From an archaeon (GTDB lineage: Archaea; Hydrothermarchaeota; Hydrothermarchaeia; JALTZZ01), in contig JALTZZ010000011.1 of NCBI GenBank assembly GCA_027051165.1, positions 5,556 to 69,555 on the forward strand: DNA of 64,000 bases. Direction: 5' to 3'. This document shows, piece by piece, positions 1 through 7,656 of the stretch. Made by a program: the position numbers and the translations under genes. The notes beneath the pieces were generated by a model. The model saw only the letters and a program-made list of their open reading frames with translations. It did no database searches and was not told the origin of the DNA. Numbering within the stretch: the stretch's first letter is position 1; the number at the start of each line of letters is the position of its first letter.

Positions 1-629
1 GCAAAAGAAACGGATAAAACCCATACAGTTTTAGTAGAAAAATCTCTAAAGCCGATTTTAATCTTTTTCTTTTTAATTTTTAAATTAATAGATTTAAATA
101 AATAAAACGCAAGGAAAAAGGATAAAAAATAGAGTATGGAGCCGACAAGAATTATTTCATTATTATTAAGTGGAAGTATTCCATATAAAAAGTATCCTAA
201 ACTTGAACCAATGCCAGAAACAGCAAAATATAGACCCATATATGCACCCCTCCTTCTCTCTGATGCAGAAAATCCAAAGATAACCTGAACCGTTGGCCAT
301 AAAAGACCTGAAAAAAATCCATGAAATCCGCTTAACATTATAATAAGTGCTGTATTTGGTGCATAGATATAGGAGAGCACAAAAAATGATATCGGAAGTA
401 GGGAATACCTTGCAATAGTTATTCTCAGAGCTGGATTTTTATCTCCTGCAATTCCTGCAATAGAGGAAGCTATTGCCCTTGCAATCATGAAGCTTGAGGT
501 TATTGCCGTAACTTCAAGAGCTGTGGATATGTGCTCTGATCTTACCTTAAGTGCTAAAGCTGGCTTTATGAGAAAAAAAGCTATGCTTGAAACAAATATA
601 AGCAAAAAAATTAATATTCTATCCCTCAT
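1..629 (-). CDS. MFS transporter (5' part; runs off window start)
   Basis: Own translation: MRDRILIFLLIFVSSIAFF...ARAIASSIAGIAGDK...GFHGFFSGLLWPTVQVIFG...ERRRGAYMGLYF. MFS-like helices; ATG overlaps the upstream stop (TAATG). Confidence 0.75.
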   Translation of the reverse strand, partial: MRDRILIFLLIFVSSIAFFLIKPALALKVRSEHISTALEVTAITSSFMIARAIASSIAGIAGDKNPALRITIARYSLLPISFFVLSYIYAPNTALIIMLSGFHGFFSGLLWPTVQVIFGFSASERRRGAYMGLYFAVSGIGSSLGYFLYGILPLNNNEIILVGSILYFLSFFLAFYLFKSINLKIKKKKIKIGFRDFSTKTVWVLSVSF

Positions 630-1324
630 TATCTAACCCTTGCAGAAATCTCACGTGCAATTTCTTCCAAAAACTCCCTCGGATATGGATTTAGCCTCTT
701 ATATTCATCTTTTAAAGTTTTTTCATTCCTAAACTGCTGAAGATAGTAAGGACTCGGTTTAACAATCTCTGCAATTTTTAAAATATCCTCTTTTTTTAGA
801 GTTGGTATAACGGTTGTCCTGAACTCGTGCTCTATTCCGCTGTTTTTTATAATCTCTATACTTCTGATAATCTTTTCAATGTCAACGTCTACACCAACTA
901 TTTCACTGTATCTATCCAGAGGAGCCTTTACATCCATTGCAATGTAGTCAACCAATTTTTTTTCTATCAATTCTTCTATAACCTTAGGATTTGATCCGTT
1001 TGTGTCGAGCTTTATATCGTAACCTATTTTCTTTACCTTCTCGGCAAATTCTACAATATCATCTTGGATAGTTGGCTCACCTCCGAGCAAAACAACTCCA
1101 TTAAGCCACTTCTTCCTCTCCTTTAAAAACATAAGCAAATTATCCTCTTCCAAAATACCTTCGCGAAAATCAACAAGCTCTGGATTATGGCAGAAGCCAC
1201 AGCGGAAGTTGCAGCCCTGAAAGAATATGCTACAGGCTCTGTGCTTTGGGTAGTCTATTAGTGTAAACTTTACTATACCACCTATATGAACCATATTATA
1301 GAACCTCATCTTTAACGATTTCAT
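629..1324 (-). CDS. nrdG: Anaerobic ribonucleotide reductase activating protein-like radical SAM enzyme (likely start 1294)
   Basis: GCNFRCGFCHNPEL CxxxCxxC, GGEPTIQ, KLDTNGS, MDVKAP, EFRTT. Confidence 0.8.
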   Translation of the reverse strand: MKSLKMRFYNMVHIGGIVKFTLIDYPKHRACSIFFQGCNFRCGFCHNPELVDFREGILEEDNLLMFLKERKKWLNGVVLLGGEPTIQDDIVEFAEKVKKIGYDIKLDTNGSNPKVIEELIEKKLVDYIAMDVKAPLDRYSEIVGVDVDIEKIIRSIEIIKNSGIEHEFRTTVIPTLKKEDILKIAEIVKPSPYYLQQFRNEKTLKDEYKRLNPYPREFLEEIAREISARVR

Positions 1325-2255
1325 GCAAGCCTATACAGGGTAGGTTTTCAGCTATTTTTTTGTCGAGCACGTAATAATCTAAGCCAGATTCTTCGCATAT
1401 CTCTCTTAGGAACTCTGCACCTATGCCAGCTAAATAAGCCTTGTTGATTTTATAATTTTTCGATATTTTCTTTAGAGGCTCTGAAATTGATCTTATAATT
1501 TCCTCTTTTATTTGCGTGCATATGTTTACAATCTCCTCTTCTTTGACCTCGTAAACGTCGCTGCAGAGAAGTCTCGCAACCCTTCTCAGGCAAGATCTCC
1601 TATCCTTACCCATCCTATCTGGAGTTTCGCATATATATTTAAGCTTATATCCGAGTATTCTGAAGAGATCTGCGGTTATTGCAAAATATTCGCCAGCAAG
1701 CCTTATATCTCTATTTCTAAACCTTATTGTATTCTTTATCGTGTTCAGAGGTGTTCTTAAAAAACCAATGTAAACAAGCTGACCGTTCATTAGCCTCTCA
1801 AGGTCCGTTTTAAAATATAGGATTTTTCCCCTTTTAAATGGAACTATATCGGTTGTCGTTGATCCCATGTCAAGAAGGATTCCTTCATTAAACTTCTTTT
1901 CTAAATAGTATACACTCGCAACGAAGTTTGCGGCTGCAAGCTTTCTCGGCTCGGTAATACTCTCGACAAGCTCTTTATCAACACTCAGAAAATAGACTTT
2001 TTTAAATATTTTTTTGCATGCATCTACTAATTTAACCACACCCTTCTCTTTATCCTCAAAAACATCGCTAAGTTCAGCGGTAAACGTTGCTGCGATAATA
2101 TTTGGTCTTGTTTCTTTCTTTATTTTTCTTAATACACTTATAACACCCTTTTTCCATACAGGATTGTATATTATTCTGCTTTTTTTAAATTTGTTGTTCA
2201 AGAAAAGAGCGTATTTTGTGTTTGCTCCACCTATATCAAGTGTTAAAACTCTCAT
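1296..2255 (-). CDS. mfnF: Hydantoinase/oxoprolinase-family H4MPT-linked C1 pathway protein (methanofuran biosynthesis MfnF-like)
   Basis: LDIGGANTK, TFTAELSD, AAAN, DMGSTTTDI, RTP, EYFAITAD, TPD motifs. Confidence 0.75.
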   Translation of the reverse strand: MRVLTLDIGGANTKYALFLNNKFKKSRIIYNPVWKKGVISVLRKIKKETRPNIIAATFTAELSDVFEDKEKGVVKLVDACKKIFKKVYFLSVDKELVESITEPRKLAAANFVASVYYLEKKFNEGILLDMGSTTTDIVPFKRGKILYFKTDLERLMNGQLVYIGFLRTPLNTIKNTIRFRNRDIRLAGEYFAITADLFRILGYKLKYICETPDRMGKDRRSCLRRVARLLCSDVYEVKEEEIVNICTQIKEEIIRSISEPLKKISKNYKINKAYLAGIGAEFLREICEESGLDYYVLDKKIAENLPCIGLHEIVKDEVL

Positions 2256-2854
2256 TCACCCACCATTTTCAAAAACTTCTTTAGATCTTCTTCCGTATTT
2301 ATATTAAAAAATGTTATAAGATCTTTATCGAATTTTTTAAAGAATTCTACATCTATAAATTGAACGTTCATCTCCTTTAAAATCTCTCTAACCGTTCTTG
2401 AATTTCTTAATACCTTCTTACACGCTTCTAAGAGGGGCTTCCTCCTATATATTGCATGAAGTGCATAGTATCCCTTCTCAGACTTTGGAACAACGGCATC
2501 AAAATTTCCGCTAACTATAACCTTCTTCATATACTCAAAGATATCTTTGTTCATTTTCGGAGAATCGCATGGAAGAACAACTACAAATTCGTTGCTAATC
2601 TCCTCTGCAGAGCTGCAGATCCCTATTAAAGGAGTTTTTATTTTAAGCTTATCAAAAACAAATTTTGCCCTTAGGTGTTTTAATTTCTCGTAATCCTCCT
2701 TTTTTGCAATAGATATTATAACTTCATCACATATCTCACATGCAAACTCGTATATATGCTCTATAAAGGTCTTACCGTTGTATTTGATGAATTTCTTATC
2801 TCTGCCCATCCTCTTGCTTTCACCACCACCGAGTATTATACATGTAAATTTCAT
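2252..2854 (-). CDS. mobA: Molybdenum cofactor guanylyltransferase
   Basis: ILGGGESKRMGRDK, PLIGI, PCDSP, FFNINT. Confidence 0.9.
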   Translation of the reverse strand: MKFTCIILGGGESKRMGRDKKFIKYNGKTFIEHIYEFACEICDEVIISIAKKEDYEKLKHLRAKFVFDKLKIKTPLIGICSSAEEISNEFVVVLPCDSPKMNKDIFEYMKKVIVSGNFDAVVPKSEKGYYALHAIYRRKPLLEACKKVLRNSRTVREILKEMNVQFIDVEFFKKFDKDLITFFNINTEEDLKKFLKMVGE

Positions 2855-3329
2855 TTAACCCAACTCCGCAACTATTGTATATCTGTTGTTTAATTCTCCG
2901 ATCTTTAATATATTGAATCCTTTCTTCCTCAGATATTTAACAACCTCTTCCTTACTTAATCTACGCTCCAACTATTCTACTCTTCGCTTTCCTCTTTTTT
3001 CCATTCAGATATTATAATTATGGCTTTATCTATTTTATCTAAGGCTTTTAGTTCAATTTCGTGAAGAGTTTATATAGAGACAATAACTTCGACATCTCTA
3101 TCCTATCTTTTGAGATATCAATAGCATAAACCTTCTTTGCATGCTCTGCTATTATATCGGTTATAACACCGGTTCCACATCCAACATCCATAACGACCTT
3201 ATTTTCCAGAAAATACATTATTTCATCAAAAAATTTCTTATACATTAGTATTCTTTCTTTATTTTCAAGAACATGAACTTTGCTCGGATCAAACCTATGT
3301 ATCATGCTGGATATAGCAAAGGTTAACAA
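2855..3329 (-). pseudogene. Degraded class I SAM-dependent methyltransferase
   Basis: VMDVGCGTG motif I and AIDIS in 3048-3329. The remainder (TLHEIE...IIISEWKKE...RRLSKEEVVKYL...GF) continues in other frames with stops down to 2855. Confidence 0.65.
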
Positions 3330-3365
3330 TAGTATTTGTTGTTAGCTAAAAGATGTGAAGCAAAG

Positions 3366-3406
3366 TATAGCCCGGGGCGGATTCGAACCGCCGTCTCGGG
3401 ATCCAG
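3366..3406 (-). repeat. att-like direct repeat: 3' half of tRNA-Gln(CTG)
   Basis: 41 bp tatagcccggggcggattcgaaccgccgtctcgggatccag, identical to 18751-18791; starts at the anticodon. Confidence 0.92.
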
Positions 3407-3684
3407 TACTTAGGACAATTGCTAAAAATTTCGGTATTAAGGTTAAGCTTTTTGATGAACGTAACACTTACTGAGAATCAGAGGAACTTGTTAGAATAGA
3501 CGGGCTACTTAAATGTTCCAGTTGCTGTATAAAAGCTCATGGAAACGCTGACGATTACTTTGAATATGGCACTCATCTCTTTATGTTAAAGAGATTCTTT
3601 GCTAAGCTGATGTAGCCAGAATATCATTGGTACCCTTAGAAGCACGAACATCCTCTTAAGCACTTTAGTGCAGGGGGGTGTCAA
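3407..3684 (+). mobile_element. IS200/IS605 remnant: tnpB 3' fragment and right end
   Basis: Broken translation LRTIAKNFGIKVKLFDERNT / GLLKCSSCCIKAHGNAD (RuvC II, Zn finger, RuvC III region); terminal hairpin gcact-tt-agtgc then gggggg-tgTCAA. Confidence 0.7.
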
Positions 3685-3720
3685 TGGTCTCTTCTACATC
3701 TTCATGTGGTGTTTCCATTT

Positions 3721-3904
3721 TCAATTTTTCTTCTTTTCTTTAACATTTCTTCTTACATTTTCAAGTTCAATTTCTGCTTCAACCTCTTTAATAATTCTTT
3801 TATACTCTCCCACTATTTTTCCAATCTCTTGCAATTTCTGGAAGCTTTTTAGGACCAAATATTAAAAGTGCAAGCACCAGTATAATTATAATTTCTTCCA
3901 ACAT
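3721..3904 (-). pseudogene. Second TatA/TatB-family subunit, frameshifted
   Basis: MLEEIIIILVLALLIFGPKKLPEIAR, then a frameshift near 3825 to IGKIVGEYKRIIKEVEAEIELE... Confidence 0.75.
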
Positions 3905-3909
3905 TTTCC

Positions 3910-4068
3910 TTACTCTTTCTTTTCTTTCTCTTCCTCTTTTAAACCTTTCTTGAATTCTCTTTTTGTCTTTCCTAAAGCACGTGCAAGTTCAGGTATTTTA
4001 TTTGCACCAAACAGTATAATTACTACAAGCAATATAAGCAGCCATTCTCCGGCTCCTATGTTAAACAT
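3910..4068 (-). CDS. tatA: Twin-arginine translocase subunit TatA (52 aa, not in ORF track)
   Basis: [42 protein letters not shown]; GGTG RBS-like site upstream. Confidence 0.9.
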   Translation of the reverse strand: MFNIGAGEWLLILLVVIILFGANKIPELARALGKTKREFKKGLKEEEKEKKE

Positions 4069-4118
4069 CACCTTAACCTCCTTTTGTTTTTAAATTTTTT
4101 TAATAATTATTTAATAAT

Positions 4119-4700
4119 TTAGCTAATAACTTCGAAATATTTTTCATTGAGGCACATTTTGCATACAAGGTTGTTATCAACAATCTTCATGTAGTTTTTT
4201 GGCTGAAGCTCTCCACAAATACTGCACTCGACTATTTCATCTTTTTTAAACTCTAAATTGGCTGTAATTTTCACTTTTTCCACATTGAAATACCTTTCAT
4301 CTAAATTGAGGAAGATTTTAACAAGCTTTTCTCTATCCTCTTTTGAAAGCTTTCCATTTCTATATATAAACTTTTCAACCTCCTTTGAAACCTTGCTTGC
4401 ATCTTTTTTTAGAGAAACTCTATAACCTATTTTAGTATCGTAGTTTGCAAGAGTTAGTGCAAGCTTTCCGTAATCCTTAACAATAAGGTTTAGATTACCG
4501 GGGGTAGTTCCAGCAAATGCTTGCATGGCATCTGGTATGCATACCCTTGTTTCTGCGATTCCTGTTATTCCTCTACCTCTTTTATTTGTTTTTAAATGCT
4601 TATATGCAATTTCGCACATTCTTATCCCAAGTGCTACACCGGGGCTAAGATGCCCATGGATTTTTTCAGCAAGCTTTATAGCTTCTTCTTTGCTTATCAA
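4119..4700 (-). CDS. FmdE-family protein with C-terminal Zn finger
   Basis: HGHLSPGVALG, ETRVCIPDA, TPGN, DYGK, CSICGE...CKMC. Confidence 0.85.
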   Translation of the reverse strand: MISKEEAIKLAEKIHGHLSPGVALGIRMCEIAYKHLKTNKRGRGITGIAETRVCIPDAMQAFAGTTPGNLNLIVKDYGKLALTLANYDTKIGYRVSLKKDASKVSKEVEKFIYRNGKLSKEDREKLVKIFLNLDERYFNVEKVKITANLEFKKDEIVECSICGELQPKNYMKIVDNNLVCKMCLNEKYFEVIS

Positions 4701-5911
4701 TACAGGTTCACCTCCACCTCTTCACCTTCTTCTAAATCTCTTTCTGTTAACATGAAGCCATCGGCTAAAACTGTTCTCGTCATTTGAGATATAAGGCTTA
4801 CTGCATATTTATCTCCCTTAGGCAATAAACGAACAGGAGAATCTACATAGCCTACTGGAAAAGCTTTTCCATCGGCAATCTTAACAAAGACTATATATGT
4901 AAATCCCTTTGTTGGTATTCTTACTTCGTGTGCTATTTTTGCTCGAATTTTTGGAAATGGAATATCTCCGTAGAAGAACGCTCTCAAAGCAAACATCATA
5001 GATATAAAAGCTCCTGCTGGCTTTCCTGGAAGGGCAAAAACAGGCTTGTTGTTAACTATACCTATAGCTAATGGTTTTCCCGGTCTCTGCTTAACCCTAT
5101 AAAGCAAAAGATCACCTTCTTCTTTTAAAACCTTTATTACATAATCCTTTCTTCCAACGCTTACACCGCCGCTTGTAACGACTGCATCGTATTCCTTTGT
5201 TCCCTCTATTATCATCTCCCTTATCTCCTCGTAGCTGTCATCGGTTATACCTAAAAAGGCTGGCTCGTGCCCCCATTTCCTCAAAAAGCTCATTATCATT
5301 GGACCATTTGTATCGTTTCTCATTCCCCTCTTTATCTCATCTCCGTTGGAAAACACTGCAACCCTCATCTTCCTATAAACCTTAACCTTCTTGATTCCTA
5401 AGCTGTGAAGAACAGCTATTTCTTGAGGTCCAATACGTCTCTTTGCCTCTATTACAACTTCACCTTCCTTTACCTCACTTCCCCTTTTTAGCACGTATGT
5501 TCCGCTCTTTATTTTTTTACCGTAGAGCAAGCTACCTTTTACTTCAGCAAGCTCAACCTTTAAAACAGCATCCGCACCTCTCGGTAGAGCGGCACCAGTT
5601 GTTATGTAGAACGCTTCTCCTTTATTAAGCTTTGTATCACTCTCATTTCCCGCATATATACTGCCAACTATCTTTAAAGGATAACTGTCAGAGCTCCTTA
5701 TTGCATAGCCATCCATCGTTGCTAAGTCGTGCTTAGGCAATGTTACTGGTGAAACTATGTCTTCTGCAAGCTCTCTATCGAGGGCTTCATCCACATTTAT
5801 CTCCTCAACTCCTCTATTGTAGTAAAATTTTTCCCTAAGTTTTTTCATAAAGCTTATTGAATCATCTATGCTAACCATCTCGTGCATGAAGCTCACCGAT
5901 AATTTCTTCAA
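4697..5911 (-). CDS. moeA: Molybdopterin molybdotransferase MoeA (likely start 5887)
   Basis: MDGYA, TTGAALPRGADAV, SNGDE, SGGVSVGRKD, PGKP, ALPGKP. Confidence 0.9.
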   Translation of the reverse strand: MKKLSVSFMHEMVSIDDSISFMKKLREKFYYNRGVEEINVDEALDRELAEDIVSPVTLPKHDLATMDGYAIRSSDSYPLKIVGSIYAGNESDTKLNKGEAFYITTGAALPRGADAVLKVELAEVKGSLLYGKKIKSGTYVLKRGSEVKEGEVVIEAKRRIGPQEIAVLHSLGIKKVKVYRKMRVAVFSNGDEIKRGMRNDTNGPMIMSFLRKWGHEPAFLGITDDSYEEIREMIIEGTKEYDAVVTSGGVSVGRKDYVIKVLKEEGDLLLYRVKQRPGKPLAIGIVNNKPVFALPGKPAGAFISMMFALRAFFYGDIPFPKIRAKIAHEVRIPTKGFTYIVFVKIADGKAFPVGYVDSPVRLLPKGDKYAVSLISQMTRTVLADGFMLTERDLEEGEEVEVNLY

Positions 5912-6530
5912 TTATGCTCCTCTCAAGCAATATAAAACCTCGTGTAATTTTTGCAACCCCCTTATAAAAATTTACCCTCGATTCTTTCTCCATGACATCG
6001 CAGAACGTTGGTATCCATGATAGTATGTGTTCTTCTAAGAACTCCCTTTCAAAATTTAAATATTTCTTAGCTTCATTTATATTTCCTTTTATATGGGCTT
6101 CCATCTCTCTATAGCAGAGGAGTGACATGAACCTAAGTTCTGTTCCTATATAATCCTGAGGCCCTGGGTATTCATCTATTATTCCAAATCCAGCTTTAAT
6201 AAACTTTTTGAGAACTTCTATTGTAGATTTTCCCATTACTATACCTTCTCCCTTATAAACAGATTCATAAGGCGGAGGCGGACTGTAACCTTCTTTTATA
6301 CCTCTGAAGAGTCTTGTAAACTCTACCAAGAGATTATCTTCTTTCTCTTTTTCTAAAGATTTTTTTAAAATATCAATGCCTTCTTTGATTTCTCTCTCCA
6401 TTCCATTTGTATTTATCTCTTTTAGATTTTCTTTAAGTTTCTTTATAAATTCTTTATCTGGTTTTCTTAAATAGAACTCGCTCAAAAACCAATAAAATTT
6501 GCTCCTTGCTTCTGCTATCTTTTCGAACAA
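5871..6530 (-). CDS. TorD/DmsD-family molybdoenzyme chaperone
   Basis: PPPYESVY, DYIGTELRFM, FLEEHILSWIP, FYKGVA. Confidence 0.88.
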   Translation of the reverse strand: MFEKIAEARSKFYWFLSEFYLRKPDKEFIKKLKENLKEINTNGMEREIKEGIDILKKSLEKEKEDNLLVEFTRLFRGIKEGYSPPPPYESVYKGEGIVMGKSTIEVLKKFIKAGFGIIDEYPGPQDYIGTELRFMSLLCYREMEAHIKGNINEAKKYLNFEREFLEEHILSWIPTFCDVMEKESRVNFYKGVAKITRGFILLERSIIEEIIGELHARDG

Positions 6531-6556
6531 CTACATCACCACAAAAATAAAGAGAA

Positions 6557-6976
6557 TTATTGTGCAGCGGTTCCATAGAGCTCCTTAGCTATACCTCCCT
6601 TCTTGTGGCAGCCCAAGCAGACTCCTCTGTCAACTACTCCCGGTGCTCCTCTTACTGGAACCTTATACTTGCGCTGGTATATGTAGTCTGGAGCATACTC
6701 CTTAGCTACATGGCACGTTTGACACGTTAAGCCGAGTGCATTTGCATGAATGTTGTGGTATCTCTTGCCTATATCCATGCCGTATTCCTTGCCAACGTCT
6801 ATCTCACCTTTTCTTATCTTTTCAGCAGTTTCTGCAAAAGTGAGCACCTTTATCTTTTCCACAACTTTTGGTTTTTCCTCCGGCTTTGCAGCAGCTGGCT
6901 TTTCCTCTGGCTTTTCGCATGCAGAGAAGACAAATAGAATTCCTACAAAGACAATCAACAACAGGATCTTCCTCAT
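6557..6976 (-). CDS. Lipoprotein dihaem c-type cytochrome
   Basis: Signal peptide MRKILLLIVF...FSAC lipobox; CQTCH and CLGCH haem motifs, plus a YHNIH His pair. Confidence 0.8.
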   Translation of the reverse strand: MRKILLLIVFVGILFVFSACEKPEEKPAAAKPEEKPKVVEKIKVLTFAETAEKIRKGEIDVGKEYGMDIGKRYHNIHANALGLTCQTCHVAKEYAPDYIYQRKYKVPVRGAPGVVDRGVCLGCHKKGGIAKELYGTAAQ

Positions 6977-6986
6977 CTCAATCACC

Positions 6987-7646
6987 TCATAGAAGGTAGT
7001 AAACCTGCGGTCTTGTTCCAAACTCCTTCTTTAGCTGTATAGCTCTTCTCTTTGCAATCAGCTTTGAAACTTCGCTGTTGGGATCGTCTAAGTCGCCAAA
7101 ATGTCTTGCTCTTACTGGACAAACCACTACGCAAGCTGGTGTTGATTCCTGATCGCTCCCCGGCTTTTTGCCTTCTTTAATAGCCTTCTCTATCCTGTGC
7201 CAGCAGAGTGTGCACTTCTCAGCCACTCCCGGCTTCTTTCTATGAGTCCAGTGCCTCTTTTCGTATGGTATGTTTTCATAGGGAGTTTTTTCTCTGTTTG
7301 GATACAAAGGCTTGATCTCATCTATAAAGTGAATTACGCCATAGGGACATGCTGCGATGCAGTATCTAGCCCCTTTGCACTTATCATAGTTTATTAGAAC
7401 AACTCCGTATTCGTTTTTGCTTATCGCCTTTGCTGGACAAGCTTTTACGCAAGGCGGATTTTCACAGTGCATGCAGCTTACCGGAACAAAAACCCTTCTA
7501 ACGCTTGGATACCTCCCCTGCTCATACTCGTTAACATACAACCAGTAGTTTCCCGGCTGAACGAAGTTCTCTATTTTGCAAGCAGCTACGCATGCTCTAC
7601 AACCAATGCACCTCTTTAAGTCAACAACAAGACCATATTTAACCAT
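6987..7646 (-). CDS. 4Fe-4S electron-transfer subunit (ArrB/PsrB/DmsB type)
   Basis: CIGCRACVAAC, CMHCENPPC, CKGARYCIAACPY, KCTLC...PACVVVCP. Confidence 0.9.
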   Translation of the reverse strand: MVKYGLVVDLKRCIGCRACVAACKIENFVQPGNYWLYVNEYEQGRYPSVRRVFVPVSCMHCENPPCVKACPAKAISKNEYGVVLINYDKCKGARYCIAACPYGVIHFIDEIKPLYPNREKTPYENIPYEKRHWTHRKKPGVAEKCTLCWHRIEKAIKEGKKPGSDQESTPACVVVCPVRARHFGDLDDPNSEVSKLIAKRRAIQLKKEFGTRPQVYYLL

Positions 7647-7656
7647 TTAAACCACC

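Noticed and set aside
3366-3406. Second, split or intron-containing tRNA-Gln
   Set aside because: No 5' half nearby, the break is at the anticodon rather than 37/38, and an intact copy exists; better explained as an att site
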